From Patellaria atrata CBS 101060 (taxonomy: Eukaryota), in NCBI GenBank assembly GCA_010093705.1, contig MU006099.1, positions 372,001-436,000 of the forward strand: a stretch of DNA of 64,000 nt, given 5' to 3'. The notes below the pieces were generated by a model. That model saw nothing but the letters and a program-made list of their open reading frames with translations. It was not told the origin of the DNA and searched no databases. The position numbers were made by a program, and so were the translations under genes. How positions within the stretch are numbered: position 1 is the first letter of the stretch; the number at the start of each line of letters is the position of its first letter. Of the stretch, positions 53,400-64,000 are shown piece after piece.

Positions 53400-55619
53400 C
53401 TACTGCGACTTCGCACGCGCATTCTTGTAGATCTCCCACGCATCTGTAGCCTGATGCTCGCGCGGGGTCTCCTCACCTTCAGACCCATCACGCTCCGCAC
53501 TACCAGCTCCGGCTCCGCCACCAAGAACCAGACGCTCCCTCTCGATCGATGAGCGAATCGCCGACTCCGGATACTGGACCTGAGGCGAAGGCAGGACTCC
53601 CGCATTGCGAAACACAGTCTTCAGATCCGACGGGGCAAGAGCAGCGGTGCTCCTACTAGCTTCAACGGCATGAGCAACGGACGCCACCTCAACAAGGGCA
53701 TTCCAGTAATGGGTGCCGTGGAAATTGCCTGCGGGATCGACGCCGGACATGGCGGCGATGTCGCTGTCGGCTTCGGCGCGTGAGAGCATAGGGGTCGGAT
53801 CGTCGCGGTCCGTGGCCGTGGGTGCCGTGCTGGGGATAATTGGGTTGCCGCCGCGTCGAGGGCGGATTGATAACGCAGTGTTGATGTAGTGATTGGGATC
53901 GGAGAGTGAGCTACCCGAGTTGCGCGTAAGAGGTCCGGGTCTGCTTGTGGTGGGATCGACGCCCTTCCAGTACTTGAACGCTTCAGTTATACGTTGGCCA
54001 TCCCTTCCGTCGTCGGGAGGAGGGTTTCGCCCTGGAATCAGGTTGGCGAGCGCTGCGTCAACCGAGGCGGGATTGAGACCAGACGATTGTTGCGCGCGTC
54101 TAGATCTGATAGTTCTTTCCACCTCAGTGCGTTGTTGTGTGCGTGTAGGATCGTTAGCGGTAACCGTCTCAGTTGTTTGTTGTGGACGAGTAGAGCGTGC
54201 AGAACGGTGGCGACCCCGCGCAGCGCGTTCGGCCCACATGGCGGTGACATACGAGCTATGAGCTGTAAAGAAAGCTGGAGGTGCTCCGGCTGCCGGCGCC
54301 TCCTCGAGCGTACGTTCGGAAGCCTTTCCTTTATCAACCTTGCGCTTTAGGCCGCGGCGAGGTTTGGATTCGGGTTCACTTTCCGGCTCGTTAAGCTTTG
54401 ATATTTTTGATTTACGTCCTGTGGTCGTCGGTTTAGCCGTACCGGTATCAGAATCACTCGGGATAACGATTACTGGTTGACGGCGAGTTTGACGTGCTGC
54501 GGAGGGTTTGATGGCGTCTGATAGCCCCTGTGCCTCAGTATCTTCAGTACTCGATGCAAGCATTGGGTCGGCGAATGGTTGCTTAGAATAGCGAGGGTGA
54601 GCGAAAGACTGAATACTACCAGTCTGTGGTTCATCTTGGAGAGGAGTTGTCGAAAGACGACGCTTGCCTTCATCCTTTGACTTTTTGTTTGAAAATTCCA
54701 ATTGGTTATGTATAGTACTTGACAGTCTTGTGACATTGTAGTTCGGGTTGTTAACAGTGCGGCGAGGACGATCTCCAGCAGCTGTTCCAAAATCTGCGGC
54801 GGTAATATGTCCTTGAATAGAACCCTCTGATATTCGACGAAACCCCGGTTCTTGTTGTGTTTGAGGTACTTGTTCAGTACCTTGTACGGATGAAGGTTGA
54901 AAGATTGCACGTTCCATGCGTTGATATTCTGCTAATATGTTCGTCTCTAGTGACGGGCGAGTTAACCTTGACAGCCGTGCTGCGCGCCTGCTCAACATGG
55001 CATGCTCACCAAAGTCTGCTAAGCGTGTGCGAGAGTTTGTGATTGGCGGTCCTACTTGGGCTATTGGGGATATCTCCAGGTCTTCCTCAGGTTCGTTAAC
55101 AGCATGCGAAGCTACTTCGTTATGAGATGCACGACTTGTAGAATCGGACTGGCCAGATGGACCAGCATGAGTTGACGCCAATGTTCCTCCGCTGGGAGAT
55201 ACTGCCCCAGTACCTTGACTAAGTCCTGTTTCGTGGGTATGGGAGAGCGGACTGCCGTGAGTGACTGCAGGGTCTGACGTAGGGCTCGTTTTCGACAGTC
55301 CAGCACTAGAAGATCCTAATGATGCTGGACTAGGAGACCCAGCTTCAGAACGAGCATATTCTTGGTAACGGCTGGCGGCGCGCGCACTCCCAACTCCTGA
55401 TGGGTGAGTTGAATCTCCATCGTTCCTCTCGAAACACGGAGTGCACATCCTCCACGAACATTTGTCGCAAGTGTATATCGTGGATTTGTTTTTCCTTTCG
55501 CATGTACCACATTTGGCTGTTTTCGTTAGCTTCGGGATGATGTTCCCTGAACAGACATCGATCTCGTCTTCAGTGGGCGTCGAATGGCGTTCATCCTCTC
55601 TGAGTTTAGGGATAGACAT
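53400..55619 (-). CDS. Hypothetical ~739-aa, mostly low-complexity protein with an N-terminal Cys-rich Zn-finger-like motif
   Basis: Long ORF, likely start MSIPKL at 55619. Motif CGTC-x10-CDKC-x4-CTPC..H; basic NLS-like KPRRGLKRK. The 5' and 3' ends are uncertain. Confidence 0.7.
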   Translation of the reverse strand: MSIPKLREDERHSTPTEDEIDVCSGNIIPKLTKTAKCGTCERKNKSTIYTCDKCSWRMCTPCFERNDGDSTHPSGVGSARAASRYQEYARSEAGSPSPASLGSSSAGLSKTSPTSDPAVTHGSPLSHTHETGLSQGTGAVSPSGGTLASTHAGPSGQSDSTSRASHNEVASHAVNEPEEDLEISPIAQVGPPITNSRTRLADFGEHAMLSRRAARLSRLTRPSLETNILAEYQRMERAIFQPSSVQGTEQVPQTQQEPGFRRISEGSIQGHITAADFGTAAGDRPRRTVNNPNYNVTRLSSTIHNQLEFSNKKSKDEGKRRLSTTPLQDEPQTGSIQSFAHPRYSKQPFADPMLASSTEDTEAQGLSDAIKPSAARQTRRQPVIVIPSDSDTGTAKPTTTGRKSKISKLNEPESEPESKPRRGLKRKVDKGKASERTLEEAPAAGAPPAFFTAHSSYVTAMWAERAARGRHRSARSTRPQQTTETVTANDPTRTQQRTEVERTIRSRRAQQSSGLNPASVDAALANLIPGRNPPPDDGRDGQRITEAFKYWKGVDPTTSRPGPLTRNSGSSLSDPNHYINTALSIRPRRGGNPIIPSTAPTATDRDDPTPMLSRAEADSDIAAMSGVDPAGNFHGTHYWNALVEVASVAHAVEASRSTAALAPSDLKTVFRNAGVLPSPQVQYPESAIRSSIERERLVLGGGAGAGSAERDGSEGEETPREHQATDAWEIYKNARAKSQ

Positions 55620-58214
55620 TAGTAAATATTTCGGATAGTAAAGCAGAGGGGAATAAGTTGTTGATGATCTTGATAGATGGTCCAAGTATAGGAACAAAGT
55701 TTGTTGGTTGAAGTTTGTATGTTGGTGGTGGATGAAGCTTGTACATATCAAGCAGCGGCTGAGAGGAGAGTGATAAAAAGAAAGAGTCGAGTGGTGTATG
55801 TGAAAGACTAAGGTAGTAACGGAGAGCCATGTTGTTTGACAATATACATAGCAATGATGAGCTGTCTGTCGGTCACTTGATGACGTGACAGTAAGCTGCT
55901 GTTGCTTGGTCCTTACTTTATTATGGTCGTTGTAGAAAGTACAGTAGTTCTGGAAAATCCCTACGGAACCCGTGTGCTTGGGCCAAGAGTACTGCCATGA
56001 AGAGCCTGAGGATAATGAACTCCAAGAGAACCTCCGCCGCGATCTGGAGATAGGACATGATGTTGTACAACCGATCATGTTATGTGATGTGGTACGAGGC
56101 ACGATCAATCATAACACTTACTGCTGCGCTGGTGTCTCGGCCATGATGGAGAAAGTTAAGTAGATGTGAGGTCAATAGATGAGAAAGAGCGAAACGAAAG
56201 TACCGTTTTTTAAGGTGTAATGAAAAAGAGAATTGCAAGCAAAGCTGCACGAGCTTTGTCCTGTTCTATGTTGTTTTGTTTGTGTTCTGAAGTGCGTGCG
56301 AAGGAAATTAAAGTCATGCGTCAGAGAGTCTCCCTTTTCTTCACCTGGGCTTGGCGCATGCCGCGTCAGTAACCTCAGAGCTTGGCACGAAGTCAACTTC
56401 GCAGCCAATAGGGTAGCGAATAGCCAAACTCGATTTCCGTGGACCTTTGGGTTACCTTATTCCAAGTGCTCGACGGATATCGAAACCAGAAAAGTTTTCG
56501 ATTCCTCTTTTCTATCAGGATAGTTACTCTCACATGAGTAGTGCTCCACTGTCCTAGACCTGTAATAGAACAAATAATTGAATGCGTTATAAACATGGTT
56601 TTAGGCAAAAATGGGTTCAACGGTCCTATGCCGACTTAACGATCTAGCGAGGAAGTTCCTCAGCTCCAATCTTTGATGGTATGAAGGCGATTGTAGTGCC
56701 ACTCAGAGGAACACTTTCGCTTCCCCTTAGATTAACAGTGGCTTTCAGAAACGCCTACTTGATTCTCGCATCGTCAATGAAATAGGCGGTACATACTACT
56801 CCGATCCCTTGATCCACGTTTGAAAGGAAACGCCGACGTTCATCGGACTTACACGACGGACTCCCTAGGAAAGGGCCTTTATATGAGTTGGAATTACAAG
56901 ATATGCAGAATAGATATTGAGTCTATCAACGAGAAAGAGTAGCATCGATTAGTACGACCTCGGACCTATCTTATGATTGTGGCCACCTTTTACGAAGCTG
57001 TTAAAGATATGCAATATTCCACAAGATAAATCAAGATAAATCGCGGCGTGTTTCAAAAATGAGACAATGAGACAAGGGAAAAGCGAGAAGGGAAAACGTA
57101 GAGATATGCAATAATATGCTTGAGCAGGATATTCAAGAAAATGTTGGACTTATTAGACCTAATGTAACAGCATAAGACGCTAGATCAAACTATTTGATCG
57201 CCCGAGAGGAAGATTACATTGAAAAATCAAATAAAGAAGAAAAAAAGAAAGGGGCATAATAGAAGTAAAGTTGGGGCACCGTCCAGTGTGACGTGCAGTA
57301 TTTAAAAAAAGCCGTGTATAGCGGAAAATACACGCCACTATCATGTTATTCTAGCAGGAACAGAGGATACCAGGAAATAACCTAGGATAACAGGTTTAAA
57401 AGTACTTGAAAGAGCACTTTTTCTCCAGCCCACCTACGAATGCTCTGAAAGGAATCCGAGATACCACAGCGGGCCACTCTTATTGCGCTTTGTAAATAAC
57501 AAGAGCATTTAAATCAATCCCACCTCATTGCCTTTAACAATGGGACAAATGCGGCCGATCTGTGTCTGTCGAGGGAAGGACACCCGAGTGAACTTCGACC
57601 GTGTCTGGCATGCTTCGGAAATCACCTAAAACTTCCAACCGAAGGCCAAGTATTCCGGAATATCCAGAAGGGTAGGAGGGATAACATATTCTATGGTGAA
57701 TAATACTCGAGCTGCTCGAGTTATTGCTCATCATGAGCTGATATAAATTTGCAGTGCCAATCTGAGAGTCAGGCATCAGACCGCAAGTATGAGACTTTTC
57801 CGGGGTACTGTACTGTACGGTACAAGATGTATTGCAGCGAAGACAAGAATTTTAGCATCGATGCGCTATAAGATCAAAAGCAATCGGGAGATATTGTACT
57901 CGGTTAAGGTAAGGTATAGAATTGTATATATGTAGTTGGGATGGTAGGTAGTCGGGACGGGAAAATACAAAGACCCGTTCATCCGCGCGAAGCCAAAAGA
58001 GGTATTCGATGCGAGACAGCTGGAGCTCACCCATGGTCGAGATTACCAGTATATCATTGAAAGAGGCCCCTACAGTCACAGAAGGCTACAGTATGCAGTA
58101 TGGGAATGAGTCTTGCTTATATACTACCTCTGCATATCCTAAAACCTCTTCAGCCGCAAACTTGCCCTATCCAACATCATTAGTTCGTTAAGGCCTCCAA
58201 TTGCGTCGTAGATC

Positions 58215-60029
58215 ATGGGAATACCTCATCCACTATTTCTTTTCATTGCTGCTGCTACTTCTAATCTTATACCCCGTCTAACCTCTGTCAAACTTTCTCT
58301 TTGGTCTTATTTTTGGGTTGCAGCCGGTTTCTATTCTATTCAGGTCGTAGTTTTTGGCTTTTACCATGTAATCCTATGGCCTAAGTTCCTCTCTCCACTT
58401 CGTCACATACCTGGTCCGAAGGTAAGCTATCTCCTTGCGTATGGAAAGTCACCATACGCTAAATAATATATCTAGGATGGGAATTTCTTTATGGGTCAAT
58501 TCACGACTATCATCCGTGAACCAAGTGGAGAGCCTTTGCGGCGCTGGACCAGGGAGATCCCTCATGAGGGACTTATCAAGTACACTCATGTGTTCAACTC
58601 GGAACGGGTAGCACCAGTATCCCCAAAAGCGCTGTCTGAAGTGCTCGTCACTAAGAACTATGAATTTGTCAAACCTGAGAGACTACGGAAAGGCCTCGGA
58701 AGGATATTGGGAGTGGGTGTCTTAGTAGCGGAGGGAGACGAACATAAGGTAAATCCAAATTCCCTTCATCTTATTGGGTACAGCAGCAGTTTTTCATTTT
58801 TACTTTTTAATCCTTGAAATTTCCTGTCCGCAAATCACACCACCACTGATGTTCTGTAGCGACAACGCAAATTGCTTGCGCCGGCCTTCGCCTTTCGCCA
58901 CATTAAGAATCTGTACCCACTGTTCTGGCGCAAGACTCAAGAATGTGTTAGGCAGATGCAGTTTGCCCTTCCCTCCGATCGTGTTATTGACATTGGAGAC
59001 TGGGCATCACGCATCACGCTCGACATTATTGGCCTTGCCGGCGTTGGTCAGGATTTCAACTCCATTTCAGACCCTTCAAATGCCCTTAACCAGACCTACC
59101 GTAAAATTTTTGGCCAACCCAGAATGACTCTAGCGTTTCAGCTTGCAGGATTCTTTCTTCCTCAATGGTTTCTCCGAGCACTTCCCGTCCAGCGTAACAG
59201 GGATTTTAAGGAGGCAATCGCCACTATCAAGAAAACCGCCAGGGAACTGATAGCCGCAAGGAGAGACCGTTTCGCGCAGCAGAAAAACGAAAAAGGAAAC
59301 GATCCAGAAGCGGAAAAGGAATTGGACGTCCTCTCAGTCGCTATGAAATCCGGCGGCTTCAGCGACGAAGATCTGGTAAACCAGCTAATGACATTCCTAG
59401 CAGCAGGGCACGAAACCACATCATCAGCCATGCAATGGGCGGTCCATCTCCTCTGCAGGCACCCTAAAATCCAAACCAAACTGCGGGAGGAACTAAGAGC
59501 TGCGCTCCCAGATATAAGAGACCCCAACGCCAGCATCACGAGCACGGACATCGATCGCCTCGCCTATCTTCAAGCCGTCTGCTCGGAAACACTGCGACTG
59601 ATACCACCAGTCGCCGTAACAATCCGCATAGCCGCAAAAGATACCAGCATCGTGGAACAGTTCATACCGAAAGGGACAACGATTGTGCTTTCTCCATGGA
59701 CGGTGAACACCTCTCCTCAATTGTGGGATGATCCGATGACCTTCAAGCCGGAGCGCTGGCTTAGCAGTATGAACCCCACAAAAGCGGCTAATGGAGGAGC
59801 GGATAGCAATTTTGCATTCATGACATTCTTACATGGGCCAAGGAGTTGCATAGGTGGTACATTGGCGAGGAGCGAGTTTGCGGTTATACTTGCTGGATGG
59901 GTGTTGGCTTTTGAGATGGCGTTGGAGAAACCTTGTGAGCCTGATGAGATGGTCGAGATTCAGAGGGGGGCTATAACTGCAAAGCCGAGAGGCGGTTCGA
60001 AAGTGGTATTGACGCCGGTGAAGAGATGA
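58215..60029 (+). CDS. Cytochrome P450 monooxygenase (~549 aa); exons 58215-58421, 58476-58748, 58860-60029
   Basis: N-terminal membrane anchor plus PGP, I-helix AAGHETT, ETLR, PERW, and heme motif FLHGPRSCIG. Confidence 0.95.
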
Positions 60030-60592
60030 ATATGAGAGGAAAGGGAATTCGAAATTTGATAGATGTATACGTTTCTACAGACGAAAAATTTGCATATAGT
60101 TTTGAGTGTTGGTTTTTTGTTTCAAAAATTGATTAGGACTTCATATGTTGACACTTCTGCTGTCAATGTTCACATGTATGGGATGTATAATACACAAGTA
60201 CTACTCATTCGAGCTTGCCCTAATCAATTAAACATTAACGCCTTCCTATGCTCCTATATGCAGAAAATCCGCCGTCATGATCTTGGCCCTACGCCGCGCT
60301 GATGAGTGTGCAACTTAACACAATGGAAAAAGACAAATCCAAAAGGAAGAGGGACAAATGAAATATACAAACCATCCAGTGAGGTATCATGTAGCCGGAA
60401 TAAACGCCAGCTCCATGTTATTAAAAATCCAAAGAAGGTTGCGGGCCAATTGTAGTGCCGACGGGGCGATTATCCGGCCGAACGTAACCGGTGAATAGGA
60501 AATCAGCTCCCTCGTTCCTAGCGGAAAGAAAGTGTGCGACAGCGGTAAATAGGACCTATCGAGATGTGCGGAGCCAGTATGTCACAAGATTT

Positions 60593-61318
60593 TCAGAAAA
60601 CACTATGCTCCCCTTCATAATAACTGACCTGAGGATCATACCCGGCAGGCATGCGCCCATGCAACGCTACATCTTGCGGAGCCTCGGCTAGATCCGGCGA
60701 CGCTGCGTCTCCAAAGTGACGCAATACCAATGGCGAAGAGCCATGCTTGACTTCATCCCAGAGAGGTTTATCGCCACGGGAAATTTTCAAGTTCGCCTCT
60801 ATCCATCTCGCTTCGTCTGCTTCAGGAGTGGTTGACGATCTCAGCGGAGTCGAGCTAGCAGATGAAGGCCGGCTCTTCGAAACGGTTTGTGGGATCGACC
60901 GAGGAGGGAAATGCTCTCGAAATAGCCGTTCGAAATCGTGTATTATTGGGACAATGGCACCGTCTTCCGCAACGGCGGCTTGTGATACGTCAATGAGATT
61001 GCTGGCAAGGAATGGTCGGTCAGCCTTTATCGCTAGTAGATTTGTGCAGTAAAACAGAAAGAAGGGATAACGTACTCAGAGGTTTGCGCGCATATTCGCT
61101 CCAGCGCGTCTCGTTGGCGTCGTATTTCCTCCTGATCCGGCTGTGAGATGGATCGGTCGTTAGATCCGTATTGAGGCTGGTAAGGGTCACTGAGAAGATG
61201 TTGAGTATCAGATGTCTGTGTAACAAAATGTTAGAGGTTAGGTCTAGATCAACTTTCAGAACACACCTACCTCTGGTTCGGAGGACTGCAGCCCCAAGCA
61301 CGAAGCGCAGATACCCAT
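60593..61318 (-). CDS. Ego1/Meh1/LAMTOR1-like lipid-anchored Ragulator/EGO scaffold; exons 61318-61271, 61215-61076, 61001-60593 (possible further intron at 60628)
   Basis: Absent from the ORF track as a unit. Spliced translation MGICASCLGLQSSEPE|TSDTQHLLSDP..ALERICAQTSD|NLIDVS shows Gly2 myristoylation plus Cys palmitoylation sites, a dileucine-like motif and an 'ALxxI..T..LIDV' segment typical of this family. Confidence 0.75.
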
Positions 61319-62340
61319 ACCGAAAGCTGCACCGCGCGAGGCTGTCGGACCGGAATGGTCTGCACTTCGTTTCAGTGGGTTTCGATTTTGGAAGAGTAAG
61401 GTGGAAGCCGAGAGCTGATAATTGTGATGTGGCTGGTTAAGGAATCTAACGGTTCAGTTGAGCCTCTTGGTCCAAGCGTCCTGAGATCATCGCCAGTTTT
61501 GAACGTCACTCATTAGGTTCGAACTATCTTCTGACTGCAACTCTCTTCCCCATGGGGCAATGCAGTGGGATTTCTAAAATGGTAATTACACTAAATATAC
61601 TAGAGGTTCAATTAAGCATTGCTAAACATCCCGTTCATCTATCGTTTTCAATTGTTAGTCAATGTAGCACATCACTCTCATTCTACTGGTGTACCATCTC
61701 GATGTCCACTTATTTGTTGCAAAATCTCTCATCTGTTCCAAAGAGTCAAGTATTCATAGATGCGCCGTCTACTTTGTGTCCCACTCAAGAGTTATTTACA
61801 TGGACTTGTCGGCCTTTCCAAAAACCTGGTGCGCGACTCCTTTTGTACAACTCGTGTATCTACGCGTAAAAGTAATTGGCTACACGTCTACCATCCCTTT
61901 CGAAGCGTGTAAAAACATGAAGAGTCTGGCAAAAATGTATATCGGTTGCTATGGCCGTACTCTTGAGGGACCGATCAAGCAAGGGAGCACGCGTCTAAAC
62001 CAACCCCAGTACCGGGAATGAGCTAATCCGACACAGGGTTCAAATTGACCTTGAAGAAGCCAGTAGTAAAGCAAGGTAATATGTACATCGTTGCTCACCG
62101 TTTCTGTCCGGTGGCGCAACCCCATATTGGAACTGGACTATGGATGAGTTCCATCTGCAAGGTAAGGCTGGATCTTGAACGATCAATATTGGTGGCTATT
62201 CAATAGTAAGCTTGTAATGTCTTAGTATAATCTCTACTTATATATCATGAACTCTTCGTATTTACTGCCTTATTTACTCCTTAGTAAACAATCATTTCCT
62301 AGCGTGCTTGAACTATCATCATTCGTTTGAATGTTCAGCC

Positions 62341-64000
62341 ATGCGTTTCTCTCGTTCATCTCTAATTGCCGCTTCGGCTTTTATTTTATTACTCCCGGTG
62401 GACGCCAGGATTGCGAATCCATTGAATTTGTTCCGCTCGAAACGAGGCCAGCCAGAACAGAACCATAAAAGGGTAGAAAGTGTCGTCTGCGTTGATCATG
62501 ATATATACAGCGACTTTCTCAAAAATATTTCTGAGGCCAATCAATTCTGTGTTGCACATTTGAGAATACCCCCAGCAACAGTCGAGACAACCTACACTCC
62601 AGTAATGTAAGCATTTCGGCCTTCACACAGCTCAGCGTAAACCTTAATGCTTCAGTGCTAATGAACATATAGCACGACCACCGTGGTCACTGCTTTTCGA
62701 GTACGCACTGTAACTTCTAGAAGTCGTCAAACTGCTACAGTGACAGCAACGGCAACTTCAACGATATTCGCGGCGAGGAAGAAGCGAGCACCAGAGCCAA
62801 CGCCAGCTGCTTCATTAGAAGAAGCCGCCTCCTTAGAGGATTTCTACTATGCAGTGCTTGAAAAACGAGATACCACGGGCGAAATTCCAGACGGTGGTGC
62901 GAATTCTTTGGCTTTCTCATTTTCTAGTGCCTGTGAATGCTATGAGCCAACTCCAATTTTGACAAAGACGGTGACATATACAGCAGCTCCTACGGTAAAC
63001 ACTCTTTGTTTTTCTATTGTGAAGGACATTACCACTAATTTACATTGATAGTACTTCACCCAGTTTGGGCATGAGCTTTCCACTACTATTTTCGACACCA
63101 CAGAAGTTATAATCATAACTACAACGGTAACTTTGAATACCACCATCCGTGCAACGTCCACAGGATCTTCTCTTCCAGTGGCAGCTCAGACCATCATTTC
63201 ATCTGTCGTATCCTCATCGGTCCAAGTTTTTAATACTCCAAATGGTGTGACATCAATAAGTAACGCGGTTCCTAGCATTTCGGCAGCCAGCACGGCAGCA
63301 GCTAGTGGAACACCATCAACCCCTCCAGTGGAGGGCTTTCCCATCAACTGTCTAGCAGATAACAACAAGACTGAGAGTGTTATATATAACCAAGTACGCT
63401 ACGACTATCTGATCGTTTGCGGTGCAGAAGCTGCGAATAGCAGTGCGCTTGGAGCTATTCCTGCACGTTCTGCTGAAGAGTGTTTATCGGCCTGCACGAA
63501 AGCGAACAATGGGCTCTCAAACATAGAATGCCACGGAATAACATTCTATTTGGATCCTGTCGTCGGAGGCTCCTGTTACCTACTGACGGAAAATCGAAGC
63601 TACAACAACGCATCAAATGCAATTACTGCTGTGCTGACAGGGGTCTCTACCAATGGCAATTCATCCGTATACCACCTCGATTCGTCTGGTAACATTGTGA
63701 CGGGAACAAGAGCGGCTTCTGCAGCTACATCATCTGTAGTCTCTTCGATTGTTTCTGAGGGTTCCGCATTGATTACCCCTCCACCCAAAGTAACGTACAC
63801 CAATGGTTCATATGTTTGGTCAACAGTTATTTACGCCACATTCACTGCCTCCAACGGTCAGGTAGTTGTATATAGCTCATGGGGTTACGCTTCCGGCACT
63901 ACCTGGTATGCCGTATCAGGGTATACCTGGACAAGCATTTACAGCGCCGTAACCACGATATTCAGTGAATTTTTCGGCTCCGCGGCTGGCTCCGGTGGTG
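62341..64000 (+). CDS. Secreted/cell-surface Ser/Thr-rich protein with a PAN/Apple-like Cys domain, 3' partial; exons 62341-62606, 62673-62994, 63052->64000
   Basis: Signal peptide MRFSRSSLIAASAFILLLPVDA and dibasic KR sites. After splicing the frame stays open to the window end and includes CLADN..YLIVC..EECLSAC..CHGITF..CYL. Confidence 0.75.

Noticed and set aside
40350..60029. Secondary-metabolite cluster of SDR + NRPS + P450
   Set aside because: The genes are interleaved with housekeeping genes (RING, BCKDH, MAM3), the P450 is >11 kb from the NRPS, and no cluster transporter or Zn2Cys6 regulator is seen.

Overview
This is a window from a filamentous ascomycete (Pezizomycotina-type) genome, with short GT..AG introns and two N-gaps. 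From left to right it contains: a small secreted Cys-rich protein and a ~9 kb gene-poor stretch; a degenerate HFCD/Hal3-type flavoprotein fused to an F-box-like motif and ankyrin-like repeats, lying head-to-head with a fungal phytochrome; STE20-type PAK kinase and HSE1; and a transposon island (~31-40 kb). The island holds a truncated Ty1/copia relic and two head-to-head Fot1/pogo DNA transposons, one RIP-like mutated and one apparently intact. After it come an SDR, a RING protein, a stand-alone A-T-C NRPS, a Cys-rich small protein, BCKDH E1-beta, a MAM3/CNNM transporter, a Zn-finger-like protein, a cytochrome P450, an EGO1/LAMTOR1-like gene and a secreted PAN/Apple-like protein. The most novel-looking signal is a pair of related, oppositely oriented structured elements at ~34.5 kb (-) and ~39.9 kb (+). 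Each has a tRNA-like head, an identical GCAGATGTAC...GGAACTGTTTT loop around a C(UUCG)G hairpin of different sequence, and an oligo-T end, suggesting an unannotated Pol III RNA or SINE-like family. All calls come from reading the sequence by eye; no searches were run.
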